A stretch of 62,923 nucleotides of DNA, filler included, from Squatina squatina (GCA_031763465.1; 14 parts of one record of this genome joined end to end with filler, not necessarily neighbours in it); one strand, 5' to 3'; counted from the first letter of the whole stretch, positions 34,715-47,728 are shown. Notes: a model not told the origin generated them from the letters alone. A program made the numbers and translations.

Positions 34715-35641
34715 ACCGCTTCCACTGCAGCTATTTTCTGTTGGTTGGAAACAGACTGAAACGTCTTGCCGGCCGGATGCAGCTGTTGTATCCTTAAAAC
34801 AAGTATTTCAGAGGGTACATTTCCGACCTCATGGTTCCAGCAGGGAGCCTACATGCGAGACTCATATTTTCATTGCTCCAAAATAGTTTCTTGTCCACAA
34901 TTTTGTTTTTTCTACTCCGCCTATCCTCAGACCTTCCCTAATGGTAACCTGCATTCCTGCTGCACAGAAAGTATTGTCCATAGATTGACTGCAATGCTAG
35001 GAATCATGTCTGAGTATATAAATCTGGGTTCTTGTTTTGCTATTAGAATGTCTGGTCCATTTTTTCCCCTTCGTGTTATAATCAAATGTTGCCTGTGCAA
35101 GTTGGTGACAATTTGCAATCATGATTTAAAATAAAGGTTGCCGATTTTTAAAATAGTGCATTTGTTAGCGATGGCATTACACTACTGGTTGTGCTTTCTG
35201 TTACGCATTTTAAAAAAATTTCGTAGTAAAAACCATCTAAAAATATTAATAAAGTGCAGATTTTGCACTGGGCGGCTCCGCCAATCAAGCATAGCTCCGC
35301 CACAACACAGCCGTCCCATTGGAGGAAGAGCTGCTCTGGTCGCTATGTGGAGCTACATTGTAAACACTCAGAGAAAGAACACATTTATCATGTTGCTACC
35401 AGAACTATAGAATTTAAATCTCANNNNNNNNNNNNNNNNNNNNNNNNNNNNNNNNNNNNNNNNNNNNTTAATTAATTAANNNNNNNNNNNNNNNNNNNNN
35501 NNNNNNNNNNNNNNNNNNNNNNNATTCCATGGACTTCAACTTTGCTGGCAAGCCTATTATGTGGCACTTTAAATGACTAAATTGATAACCTTGTATAATC
35601 TTGCTCGCTTTTCTTTCTCTTTCCACGCACTGAATGACTAG

Positions 35642-35754
35642 GACGTTGCAGTCTTTTGCCAGTGGTGAATAACTCCGGTGCAATCTGTAATTCTTGGAAA
35701 CTGGATCCAACAACACTTCGTTTTCCTTTAAGAGGACTCTTGCCTTATGATAAG
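35642..35754 (+). CDS. MED23: MED23 exon (GRCSLLPVVNNSGAICNSWKLDPTTLRFPLRGLLPYDK)
   Basis: AG/GT bounded, 113 nt. Intervening upstream exons are absent (linker at 35424). Confidence 0.96.
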
Positions 35755-36964
35755 GTAAACCTGTGTGCCTGACTGTATTCAGGTTAGCCCCTTTACATCT
35801 TTAAAGATTAGGCAAGTAATAGCTTTACTCATTTTTCAAAACCTTGCAACTTTTTTGAAGATTCATGGAGCCACTGAACAGATTATTTCAGTGGTTTGTC
35901 CCTTTTGTAATTAGAACTTGAAAATATAAATGGCCATTTTATTTTATTCTTTAAATGAAATTTGTTTTGTTTCAGGCACAATCAGTTCACTGTTAATTAA
36001 TTTAAATGACACTTTTAAAGAAAGTTCAAAAAAAGTGTTTAATGGGATTTACTTACAGATTTTCAACAACATATTAGATTTCTTACTGTTTCCAGATATG
36101 TTTGTGAATTTCTTGAGTTAGGATATCCCCATTAAATATAATCCTGCCTCCATCACATATGTGTGTGAACTTGCCTATTTATATACAAGTGGAGAGAATG
36201 TTTTGCCATCTGTAAGCAAAAGCTGATTTTTTTCCCCCCCTTTTTTACTGGCTTTTTGTATTAAAACGGCAAGCAGGAGATGTTTATTAACATACAGTTC
36301 CCACTGTTATTGAGTATTGTACTTGTAAAGAGTAACTGGTATTACTGCTTGAACAGTTGAATTAATTGTATTGCACTGTACTAACAGTGTTTGTGAACCC
36401 AGCCCTATTTTACTGCTGCTTGTTTTCTTTTAATCGAGCACTGACAGCTAGATTGTTTTCTACATAGAAAAGGAGAAACAGAAGTATTTTAAGTTTGATT
36501 GCATAAATAGAAATGGAAAGTGCCAAAATGATTCTAATGGCTAAACTGCAAATAGATTGATTTTGTGTTTAGAGAGATATACCTTAAGTGCTTGGCTGCA
36601 TTGATTTGCATATTGACATTGGATAGCAAATTATGCTTAGAAAACTATGCTTAATCTTGGTATTTTGTTTATTACAGCATTATTTATATTTGCATTGTGA
36701 AAGATCCGATTTGTGTTTGCAATTATTTTTTTAAGATGAGCTGTCACTTTCACTTGGTTGGTGCAGTAAATATTATAAGGTACAAGCTGGTCAGTATCCC
36801 GTAAATAAGTGAAAGTGGCAATTTTGTGGTTGCATTCTTGTGATCTGGAATCTTGTATTTAATTNNNNNNNNNNNNNNNNNNNNNNNNNNNNNNNNNNNN
36901 NNNNNNNNTTAATTAATTAANNNNNNNNNNNNNNNNNNNNNNNNNNNNNNNNNNNNNNNNNNNN

Positions 36965-37430
36965 TGTAAAGGGCAGGGTGTGCTTGAATAATTTAATTGA
37001 ATTTTTTGAAGAAATCACAGAACATAATGATGAGGGGAGTGCAATTTCGGCCAGCATATTAATAAGAAATTACTTAAAAGATGTGTTACGAAAATTAGAG
37101 TACACGATAATAGAGGGAATATATTCTCTTGCCTTAAAAGGCATGCTAATTAACCGAGTGGGGAGAACAACGAGATCTAGGAGCGCAGCTACAGATCTTA
37201 AAATTCGCAGTTGGGTTCAAAAGAAAATTAATTATTCTAAGTTTCATACATGGGGTAGAGAATTTAAAAAAGGAAGTAATATTTTAGTTATTAGGTTGCT
37301 GTGGAGTATTGCGTGCAATTCTGGGCATTGTTGGAAGGATATTCAAACATGGAAGGGATACAGTCAAGACAAACAGCCATATGCATGATGGGCAAAATGG
37401 CTGCCATGTGATCTGTAATTTCTATGTGGC
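36965..37430 (+). mobile_element. Heavily decayed CR1 RT-to-tail fragments
   Basis: CLNNLIEFFEEITEHNDEGSA and a tail-like GGGCAAAATGGCTGCC...TTCTATG. Confidence 0.6.
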
Positions 37431-37716
37431 TCAGCCACCTCATATAGGATCATCGCTCATGTTCTGCCACTAAAGGGAACCCCCTAAATCCTCCTTTCCA
37501 CAAATCCGCTTAAATTGAACTCTCTTGCCCACCCTGTCCATCCTCATTTTTGACACATGGTACAAGGACCTCTGTGGCTTCTCCTNNNNNNNNNNTCTCC
37601 TGCGACTTTATAAAAAAAAAATTGCTGTTAAAATCCTCCTTTCCAATACACAATCATTTGTTGTCTGGAACTGCTAAGCGAATTTTCTTTGTAACTTTGT
37701 TGTCTTTATCTTGTAG

Positions 37717-37860
37717 CTGGCAGGCCGAGGTCTAATAAAAGGGCGAGACCATCTGATGTGGGTTTTATTGCAGTTCATCTCTGGCAGTATCCAGAAGAAT
37801 GCACTAGCTGACTTCCTCCCAGTGATGAAGCTGTTTGACCTGCTGTACCCAGAGAAAGAA
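37717..37860 (+). CDS. MED23: MED23 exon (LAGRGLIKGRDHLMWVLLQFISGSIQKNALADFLPVMKLFDLLYPEKE)
   Basis: AG/GT bounded, 144 nt. Confidence 0.97.
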
Positions 37861-37959
37861 GTAGGATTTATACATAAAATCCATCATGTTGCAGTTATTT
37901 AAGTGCAGAAGGAAGAGTGTGTTCCAGATTCTGATGTGCTTATTTTCCTTTGTTTGCAG

Positions 37960-38105
37960 TGCATTCCAGTACCTGACATTAGCAAACCACAATCTACTCA
38001 CGCTTTTGCCATGACCTGTATCTGGATACATCTCAACAGGAAGGCACAAAATGATAATTCCAAACTGCAGATACCCATCCCTCACTCTCTCAAACTCCAC
38101 CACGA
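37960..38105 (+). CDS. MED23: MED23 exon (CIPVPDISKPQSTHAFAMTCIWIHLNRKAQNDNSKLQIPIPHSLKLHHE)
   Basis: AG/GT bounded, 146 nt, after a 99-nt intron. Confidence 0.97.
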
Positions 38106-38656
38106 GTAAGCTGTTAAATGTAAAGTTTAAGGAGTTGGCATGTCTACGCGTAGCTCAGTGTAACGCCCTTGATTTTTAAATCCGTGGATTAGAAATTTCA
38201 GGCAGTGAGTCTTTTTCCAATTAATGTTGCAGGCAGGTGAGGTTCTCTCCCGATCTNNNNNNNNNNNNNNNNNNNNNNNNNNNNNNNNNNNNNNNNNNNN
38301 NNNNNNNNNNNNNNNNNNNNATTTATGACATTACTATTAGTACATGTATATAACTTTGTACCGTAAAGGATGTGTTTCTGAAAGGTAAAGATGAATAAAG
38401 GTGACATGTTAATACACTGAAGAGTTAAACCCCTCTCATCCCCTTTCCTGGAGGGGAAAAAAAGTGTGTCACATAGTTTGAGAAGACCTAAGTAATGGAA
38501 GAAAATACCTTTTTAGGGCATGTCATGCCCTGGAAAACACGCAGGCGGATTTCTTATGAAAACTTCCCATAATATTAGTAAATGTCGAAAATTTATGTTA
38601 ATTATTTTCTCCATTTATGACTAATAATCTTCACTGTTTAATTATTTTCAATGCAG

Positions 38657-38902
38657 ATTTTTGCAGCAGAGTTTGAGGAATAAAAGCCTACAGATGAACG
38701 ATTACAAGATTGCCTTGCTGTGTAATGCATATTCCACTAATTCTGAATGTTTTACATTGCCTATGGGAGTATTGGTTGAAACAATTTATGGGAATGGAAG
38801 CTTGAGGATATCTCTTCCTGGAACAAACTGCACGGCTTCAGGATCTATTACTCCCCTGCGAATGAACTTGCTAGATTCACTAACCGTTCACGCAAAAATG
38901 AG
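38657..38902 (+). CDS. MED23: MED23 exon (FLQQSLRNKSLQMNDYK...LLDSLTVHAKMS)
   Basis: AG/GT bounded, 246 nt. Confidence 0.97.
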
Positions 38903-39515
38903 GTAGTCATTGGAATTTAATCTTGCTCAACTCGGTGTGACAGAATAACGTGTTTTGTGAAGGTTTACCANNNNNNNNNNNNNNNNNNNNNNNNNNNNNN
39001 NNNNNNNNNNNNNNNNNNNNNNNNNNNNNNNNNNNNNNNNNNNNNNNNNNNNNNNNNNNNNNNNNNNNNNNNNNNNNNNNNNNNNNNNNNNNNNNNNNNN
39101 NNNNNNNNNNNNNNNNNNNNNNNNNNNNNNNNNNNNNNNNNNNNNNNNNNNNNNNNNNNNNNNNNNNNNNNNNNNNNNNNNNNNNNNNNNNNNNNNNNNN
39201 NNNNNNNNNNNNNNNNNNNNNNNNNNNNNNNNNNNNNNNNNNNNNNNNNNNNNNNNNNNNNNNNNNNNNNNNNNNNNNNNNNNNNNNNNNNNNNNNNNNN
39301 NNNNNNNNNNNNNNNNNNNNNNNNNNNNNNNNNNNNNNNNNNNNNNNNNNNNNNNNNNNNNNNNNNNNNNNNNNNNNNNNNNNNNNNNNNNNNNNNNNNN
39401 NNNNNNNNNNNNNNNNNNNNGATTACAGTCAATAAATTAAGCACATTAATGCTGTTCTGTAACAATACTCTTGTAATACTTGAACCATTACTGATTTAGA
39501 TATTCTGTATTTCAG

Positions 39516-39658
39516 TCTCATTCACAGTATAGCTACAAGAGTGATCAAACTAGCTCATGCCAAATCAAGCCTAGCATTGGCTCCTGCTCTGGTAGAAACT
39601 TACAGTCGTCTTCTAGTTTATATGGAGATTGAATCTCTTGGAATTAAAGGGTTTATCA
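39516..39658 (+). CDS. MED23: MED23 exon (LIHSIATRVIKLAHAKSS...ESLGIKGFIS)
   Basis: AG/GT bounded, 143 nt. Confidence 0.97.
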
Positions 39659-41185
39659 GTAAGTGTACTATTCTTGGATGCACCTGTGAAATATCAGTAT
39701 ACAACTTTGTTTTTAATTCTTTTTTCCCTGAGCCCAGGGATCATTAATTTAGCTTATGAAGCATACATTTCTGAAGATTAATATTGCCTGTTTTTGAGTT
39801 GGAAAACGAAACATTGTATTTTGAGTTCTGTAGAGCTAAAGAAATACTGCAGACTGTTGGAGCCCTTGCCAGATTTCTGAGCATTCGTGATACATCTTGC
39901 TCATTTGAATTGGGCCTTGGAGTATTTCTTAATTGAGAGTATTAAATTTTGGGAATCATCGGTGAGACACAGTAATTTCATCTCTGGGGCCTGCCACGCC
40001 CACCCTGTGGAAAGAAATCTTGCCTTCCTTTCTGTCTCTGTCTCTACATAACTACCCTAAATCAAGTCAGTTTGGGCATTCTCAGTCCATTTCCCAGTGA
40101 AAATACAGAACATTATAGTCCAAAATATGGTACTCACTCAGGCTACATTGGTTGGCTGTTTTGGGGAATAGAAATGTCACACCGATGTATTCAGAAGAGT
40201 AACCATGAAGTATTTTGTTCAGGGAGAATAAAGATAGCTTAATTCCGTATGTGATCTGATGTCAGATTACTCAGTACTGACAGCGAGTTAGGAAAAAGGC
40301 AAAATATTTAACCCAATTTTGAATTTAAATTGTCTCATCTCAATAGTACAGTGACTTTCTAGAATTTGTGTTTAAATCTAGCCCAATTTGGCAGAATTCA
40401 TTATTGGGGTGAGTTCAAGTTTGATTACTGTAAGAAATATAAAAATTGGTACTAGTGGAGTAGGGGTTATTCGTCCGAGATCAGGATAATNNNNNNNNNN
40501 NNNNNNNNNNNNNNNNNNNNNNNNNNNNNNNNNNTTAATTAATTAANNNNNNNNNNNNNNNNNNNNNNNNNNNNNNNNNNNNNNNNNNNNTCAGTGCTGG
40601 AAAGCACTTCCTACTATTGGTACCCAGTCGCAACCTGAAGTGTTCCCAGGTCAGATACTTCACAGGTCAGATGAAAAGTAAAGCTTCCTCTACCTGGGTA
40701 AGCTGTCCTCTGGTCGTGATGCAGAAACAACGTCGGAACCATAGCAGGAAGATTCCCTGTACGGTCATTATTTCGGGAGTAATAATTGAAAGGGTTTGAA
40801 AAGAACAGGTTTAGAGCTGCTGTAAAAATAGCAACCGGGGGCAAGCTTCCACAAATTGTCTTAAATGAACCTCAAAACAACATGTGATATTGTTCCATTT
40901 CCCAGAATTGCAATTTGCTGAGCATAATAATAAAAAGTGTTTTTAATACAGTTCCCTGCTCTAATTGTGGGGAGTGGATTTTTAGATTCATCTTGCACAT
41001 ATATGCTGTCCTTTTTGTAATTGCAAAGGATGAAGTTTCCAAAATAACATCCCCAGCTGTGAAAATTGCTGTCTTGTATACTATGGGCAATAAATTTAGC
41101 CCTTTTAACATGCAGACCTGAAAAAAAAATGGCTAATTTCATGTTGTATACAAGGCGGGCTAAATTTTTGTTCTTTTCTCTTTAG

Positions 41186-41360
41186 GCCAGCTTTTACCAA
41201 ATGTTTTCAAGTCACATGCATGGGGGATTCTACACACTCTGCTGGAGATGTTCAGCTACCGCATGCATCACATCCAACCTCACTACAGAGTACAGCTGCT
41301 AAGCCATCTTCATTCATTGGCAGCTGTACCACAGACCAATCAGAACCAACTTCACCTGTG
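41186..41360 (+). CDS. MED23: MED23 exon (QLLPNVFKSHAWGILHTLLEMFSYRMHH...QNQLHLC)
   Basis: AG/GT bounded, 175 nt. Confidence 0.97.
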
Positions 41361-41489
41361 GTAAGTTATTTTAATCTTTCAAATGTATAACTGGCCTGGT
41401 ACTTCAATGAATTGCATTTCTAAACAGGAACAATAGTGTGGCAGAGGTGAGGACGCTGTAAATGTTTAAAATATGACTTCAGACTGGAG

Positions 41490-41850
41490 TTATCATTGAG
41501 TAATGAAAATTACAGTACAGAAGAAGGTCTTTTGAACATTGAGTCTGTACCAGTGCTATCTCCTTAGCTAGAGCTATCCTAATCCCACATCCCAACCTTT
41601 TTCCCCATGTCTCTTCATATTCTCCATTTCAAATACTTATCCAATTGCCTTTTAAATGGTATAATCTCTGTTGCAATAGCCACTTGTAGTAAAGCAGTCC
41701 ACATTCTAATAACTGAAGCTTTGCCTCCTTTTTTTTCCCTCTATTGATTATTCTGAGTCCATGCCCCTTTGTTACCAATGTACCAACCAGTGGAAACAAC
41801 CTTTCGCTAGTCATGCTCTAAAAGCTTTTCCTAATTTTGAAAATCTCTAT
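41490..41850 (-). mobile_element. Old CR1 3' fragment
   Basis: ERLFPLVGTLVTKGHGLRI resembles the CR1 ORF2 C-terminus. Confidence 0.65.
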
Positions 41851-42698
41851 TAACCCTTGCAAACAAACTCCAGATAAGAGAATTACAAGTACCCAATGTT
41901 TAAAATGTTTATAAATGTTTGTAACCACTCCTGAACAAAGTGCCAGTTTTTCAGTATAAAATCCTACTTACTATATTGTCCTTGGATTCCTTATTTATTG
42001 GAAACATTTGAAGTATTAAAGCAGAATATAATTTCAGACTATTAGTATTGCCTTTATAATTGGCACACCCGGGTTTGTATTCTGTTTATAGATATAAGTT
42101 TTAAAAAACTTAGCATAATTGTTTTATTTTAAAGGAATATTCTCTTTTGATACTGATAACGACAATCATTTTGGAAATAATAGGAATGTACATAACCTGC
42201 CAATTATGTTCTTTTTTGTTTTAAAGAAANNNNNNNNNNNNNNNNNNNNNNNNNNNNNNNNNNNNNNNNNNNNNNNNNNNNNNNNNNNNNNNNNNNNNNN
42301 NNNNNNNNNNNNNNNNNNNNNNNNNNNNNNNNNNNNNNNNNNNNNNNNNNNNNNNNNNNNNNNNNNNNNNNNNNNNNNNNNNNNNNNNNNNNNNNNNNNN
42401 NNNNNNNNNNNNNNNNNNNNNNNNNNNNNNNNNNNNNNNNNNNNNNNNNNNNNNNNNNNNNNNNNNNNNNNNNNNNNNNNNNNNNNNNNNNNNNNNNNNN
42501 NNNNNNNNNNNNNNNNNNNNNNNNNNNNNNNNNNNNNNNNNNNNNNNNNNNNNNNNNNNNNNNNNNNNNNNNNNNNNNNNNNNNNNNNNNNNNNNNNNNN
42601 NNNNNNNNNNNNNNNNNNNNNNNNNNNNNNNNNNNNNNNNNNNNNNNNNNNNNNNNNNNNNNNNNNNNNNNNNNNNNNNNNNNNNNNNNNNNNNNNNN

Positions 42699-42881
42699 AT
42701 CATTAAAAATAGATTATCTGGTCATTATCACATTGCTGTGTGGGAGAGCTGGCTGTGTGCAAATTGACTGTTTCGTTTCCTGCATTACAATACTTCAAAA
42801 TTGTACTTCATTGGCTGTAAAGCGCTTTGGGACATCCTGAAGTCATGAAAGGTGCTATATAAATGCAAGTCTTTCTTTTCT
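42699..42881 (+). mobile_element. Deu-domain SINE (SacSINE1-like) 3' half with L2-type tail
   Basis: GATTATCTGGTCATTATCACATTGCTG...GTAAAGCGCTTTGGGACATCCTGAAGTCATGAAAGGTGCTATATAAATGCAAGTCTTTC. Confidence 0.85.
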
Positions 42882-43330
42882 AACCGACCAACTTTAACTA
42901 TCAGCAATAACTGATGTCAAACAGGTTTCTGTCGACCTTACTAAGTTATGGTGGCTGATTGGGAGCAGCCCGGAGGCAATTCCTGCCTCAGATGTTTTCC
43001 CCCCTTGCTCTGTGCAGGATGTAAGGAGACAAAATTGGTACTGAAGTAAGACACTCAAAGGGAAGCAGGAGTTATCCATTGCTGTCCTCTTCACCTGCCA
43101 GCAGCACATTTACTTAAGCGAGGCCTCGGATTTCATCCAAAAGATGGCAGGTCTGATGGATCAGTCTAGATTACATTCTCAGGCCCTGGACGGTGGCTTG
43201 AACCCATGACCTACTGGCTCAGAGGTGAGAGTGCTCGCACGGAGGAAAACAGACATTTGGCAACTTGGAAAAGGCTTGAATATGGAATTATAACTCTACT
43301 ATAACTTGCTAATTGTCTTTGACCATTTAG

Positions 43331-43494
43331 TGTTGAAAGCACAGCTCTCCGGCTGATCACCGCATTGGGCAGTTCAGAAGTTCAGCCCCAGTTTACTCGA
43401 TTTCTCAATGACCCCAAAACAGTTCTTTCTGCAGAGTCTGAGGAACTTAACAGAGCTCTTATTCTAACTCTAGCTAGAGCAACACATGTAACCG
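43331..43494 (+). CDS. MED23: MED23 exon (VESTALRLITALGSSEVQPQFTRFLNDPKTVLSAESEELNRALILTLARATHVT)
   Basis: AG/GT bounded, 164 nt. Confidence 0.97.
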
Positions 43495-43644
43495 GTAAGT
43501 ATTAATCTGAAAATTTAGGCATGTTACAACTGCATTGTGAATTATTCATAGTTAGAATGTGCTTATTTTGAGTCAAATATCCTGTAATCCATATCAATGA
43601 ACAACTTGTATTATTTTGTTCCTGGAGTATTTTTATATTTGTTC

Positions 43645-44040
43645 TTGATGTGAACAACACAGGCTGCATTTCTTTGCTCATCCCTAGCTGCCCTGAGAAT
43701 ATGGGCCTTCTTGAACCATTGTTATTTAATAAAACACTATTACCACGAGTCAGAGTAGATTGCTGGGCCGAGTCAGAGAGAATTGGGAGTCAGCCAGTGT
43801 GGGAGTGGAGTCACGCAGGCCAGATCGGACAGGGGTGGCAGATGTTCTTCAGTGAGGAAGATTAATTAACTAGTTAAGATTTATCTGACAAGCTTTCAGG
43901 TTTTTTCTGGTGCCAGCACACAAGTTAAGAGATGTATTGAGTTCAGTTTCACAACTTGCCATTGTGGAATTTGAACTCGTGGCCTCTCATGACCTCCTGG
44001 GTTGCTAATCCAGTACCATAACCACTGCACTATCGCACCC
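43645..44040 (-). mobile_element. Near full-length tRNA-derived SINE
   Basis: Minus-strand A box TAGTGCAGTGG (44022-44032), B box GAGTTCAAATTCC (43966-43978), and a GGGCAGCTAGGGATGAGCAAAGAAATGC tail. Confidence 0.7.
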
Positions 44041-44111
44041 TATAATGCTACACTATGCTGCAACTTGCATTAACTTCTAGTGTTTATCCTGTCTTTTAAA
44101 AAAATATATAG

Positions 44112-44236
44112 ACTTCTTTACAGGCTCAGAATCTATACAAGGTACCTGGTGTAAGGACATTCTACAAACAATCATGGTTTTCACCCCTCACAACTGGGCT
44201 TCACACACTCTCAGCTGTTTCCCAGCTCCATTACAG
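44112..44236 (+). CDS. MED23: MED23 exon (DFFTGSESIQGTWCKDILQTIMVFTPHNWASHTLSCFPAPLQ)
   Basis: AG/GT bounded, 125 nt, with an A-rich acceptor. Confidence 0.95.
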
Positions 44237-44896
44237 GTAAGATGATCTTTAGTTTGAGTTTTTGAGTTAACCTGGTGGTGAATATTAGCACACTATACAT
44301 AGAAGGCACATGAGGTGGTGGCCCCAACAACAGAAATCTTAATCTTGAGTACACTCTTGTTTTTGTAGCCATGTTAGGCCAATATTGATGTATCTTTCTA
44401 TTTTGTATTGCTTTGCACTCAAATCATTAGAGTCTTAAATATTAATTAAGGTTCAGATCAATTTTTCCAATAAATGTTTTTAAATCAGTGGCATAAACTT
44501 GTGCCAGCTTTAATGTGTTTGAACTTCAGGAGCTTGGCGCAATGGATTCCCAATGGTTTTAAATTTGAACACAACCTGTGACCTTTAAACTCATAAACCA
44601 TCATTGGCCGATCTTCAGTATTAAGCTCAGCGACTTGAAGGGGTGCTTCCTGGTGGTGAGAGGTTCCATCACAGAATGGTTGGCACCATTGGCATGTGAT
44701 ATTTATCCTTCCTTTTATTACTGAAAATAATGAATGCTTAGAAATAACTGTTGGTGATTTTTTAAAATTGGGATGCAGGCAACCTTTGCAAGCCAGTTGC
44801 CTATTCTTGGTTGAGCTGGGGCATTGAGAGTCAGCCATGTAGTGTGGGAATGGAGTAACGTATAGACCAGACAGGGTAGGGGTGACAAGTTCCCTT

Positions 44897-44969
44897 CATA
44901 GAAACATAGAAACATAGAAAATAGGTGCAGGAGTAGGCCATTAGGCCCTTCGAGCCTGCACCGCCATTC
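44897..44969 (-). mobile_element. CR1 3' terminus with octamer tail (CATAGAAA)3
   Basis: CATAGAAACATAGAAACATAGAAAATAGGTGCAGGAGTAGGCCATTAGGCCCTTCGAGCCTGCACCGCCATTC. Confidence 0.88.
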
Positions 44970-45627
44970 NNNNNNNNNNNNNNNNNNNNNNNNNNNNNNN
45001 NNNNNNNNNNNNNTTAATTAATTAANNNNNNNNNNNNNNNNNNNNNNNNNNNNNNNNNNNNNNNNNNNNTTATACATTTTGATTTAGGGCAGGATATCCC
45101 CAGTCAGTTTACTTCAGTTCATACTTTGATGTTTTTTATGAAGAAAACATTTCTGTGACCTAATTTATTGAATCCACATTAAGTTAATTCTGTTGTAAAT
45201 GGATTATTAAAACAGTGATATGATTCTTCAACATATTCCCAAAAAGATAATGGGACATGGATTGGCAGTGTTGTCTGGAAAAAGAGATGAGCACAACCAT
45301 ATGACAATCATTTTGAGCTACATTTCCATTCCTATTCAAGGCACCAGTCTGGGGACCAGAGTCGCAAGCTGGTAGAAGAAAACAAAAGAAAAGAAAAATA
45401 CATTGAACATTTTTTTAAAGTCCGAGCCAAAATATTAGTTCTTAGTTGCCTCGCGAGTTGAAATCTAAAATAGCTCAACTAAGTATCATGGTCTGAATTG
45501 AATCCTTTTAATGTTCAAGTTTCAAAAAAAATTGCACAACTGCAATTTTATTTTATCTTTAATACATATATTTAAATTATATTCCTTTATGCACTTGCAT
45601 TAACTTAAAATATTTTATCTATCTCAG

Positions 45628-45833
45628 GCCTTTTTCAAACAGAACAACGTGCCTCAGGAAAGTCGATTTAATTTAAAGAAGAACGTGGAAGAAGAATACA
45701 GGAAGTGGAAGTCCATGACCAATGAGAATGACATCATCACTCACTTCTCCATGCAGGGATCTCCACCACTCTTCCTCTGTCTGCTGTGGAAAATGTTGTT
45801 GGAGACAGATCACATTAATCAGATTGGCTACAG
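45628..45833 (+). CDS. MED23: MED23 exon (AFFKQNNVPQESRFNLKKNVEEEYRKWK...INQIGYR)
   Basis: AG/GT bounded, 206 nt. Confidence 0.97.
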
Positions 45834-47547
45834 GTGAGCACCTAAAGAATAGAGATTTGTTGTGGCAAAGTATTCAAAATTAACATCGCTGTCTGTTTGA
45901 ACTATGTTCTGCAGAGTAGTCCAGATGCAGATCCTCCAAATAGCAGCATGCGGGTCATTAGCTGCCATCTTAATTATTGAATTAACAAAAACCTTCTTTA
46001 ACTTTCCTTCTCCACCGTGCCATGCATCATTCTCCTAATTGAGAGAGCAGACTTGTTCCTAGGCCTTTGCTGGTGTTGCTGTGTTCTAGCTTGGGATGTG
46101 CAAGAGTTGCCTGGTTTTAACTGTTGCCTAAACTGGCTATATTTTTTCCACTTCTTCCCTTTGGGCAAGAATTCTTGTGTCTCCTACAATGAAAAGTAGT
46201 CGTGTACAAATCCACAACCTGCCATTGTGTGGCGTAAAGTGTTTGTGCACCAATATGTTCCCTCCTTCATGGGATCTTGCAGTGACATTTGAATATGGTC
46301 CTTGCAATTCTTTGTGCAGAAGACTTGATTTGCATTTTTCAAAGCACAATATTTAGTTAACATATCTAAAAGAATTAGAAGTAACATTTGTACTGGAGCT
46401 AAGCAAAGCTAGTTACAATATTTATCATAACACAGTATTGCAGCAGATTGGAGCTCGGCATAGGTTCCTACCTGCAGCTCTCTAAATACTCTGAATCGCG
46501 CTGTTGGATGGATATCAAATGGCCAGGCACCCGGGACGCTATATCAGATTTCTTAGCAATCAATTATAGAGCTGCATGGGCAGGGAATTAACAACAGGTC
46601 TCCAGTTCATCCTTATGATAAAGAGGGATAACAAGGAGAAGAAAATGTAAAAACTGAACTCAGTGAGTCAAATGCATGAGGAGGCAAGGTAGAAAATAAT
46701 GTTTTTGTGTTTTTTTATGTTTAGCAGTGATCATTGACTTCAGTTGTAAGTGGCATACTCTACCCCCAATGCACCAGTGAGTGGTTGGTTACAGGTTTGC
46801 TCCACTATTGAGGCCAACCGTTTCATCAGTTGGAAGCCTGGTACTTCCCAAAGCAGAGCAACAATCCAGCTGCCAGTGGTTGGTTAAAACCTTGGCAGGA
46901 AGTCACCTGCTCTCTCTTGTGTGAAGCAGGGAGACCTTCTCCACAGATGCTGCCTGACCTGCTGAGTTTTTCCAGCAATTTTTGTTTGTATTCTAGATTC
47001 CAGNNNNNNNNNNNNNNNNNNNNNNNNNNNNNNNNNNNNNNNNNNNNNNNNNNNNNNNNNNNNNNNNNNNNNNNNNNNNNNNNNNNNNNNNNNNNNNNNN
47101 NNNGACTACACTTAACTTCAGTGTGCAGTGCTACAGAAGATAAACGCACTTATTTTATATATGTATTAATGAGATCCTGTTCACAGCACTTGTCTGTTTT
47201 CAACTGATTAAAAATAAATTTCAATTAGTATTTATAAGTATTTCAGCCATTTTTCATGGTCTGTGTAAATGAGTGAAACTTGTTTTGTAATATAGTTTTG
47301 CCATTAAGACTATACCAGTGGAAATTTGTTTTTGTTGTCATAAAATATGGNNNNNNNNNNAATATGGCAACAACATATTTAAAAATAAGAAAATGCTTTC
47401 ATGATATAAAATATCAGTTTCTGTATTCTAGTGCTTCACAAATATGCATTGTTTTTTGTATGTTTATAACTATTTTGCTCTACTACATTTACTTTTTTGT
47501 AAATTATGTCCTTTGAAAAGAGATCTATACTGTTCTCTTGACTGCAG

Positions 47548-47728
47548 AGTGTTGGAGAGAATAGGAGCTAGAGCTTTGGTAGCTCACGTTCGAACATTTG
47601 CTGACTTCCTCGTCTATGAGTTCTCAACCTCTGCTGGAGGACAACAGCTGAACAAATGCATAGAGATCCTCAATGATATGGTGTGGAAATATAACATTGT
47701 CACCTTGGACAGACTGATATTGTGTTTG
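47548..47728 (+). CDS. MED23: MED23 exon (VLERIGARALVAHVRTFADFLVYEFSTSAGG...LDRLILCL)
   Basis: AG/GT bounded, 181 nt. Confidence 0.97.

Noticed and set aside
36379..36385. TACTAAC branch point marking a hidden MED23 microexon
   Set aside because: I could not define a convincing exon with a donor downstream.
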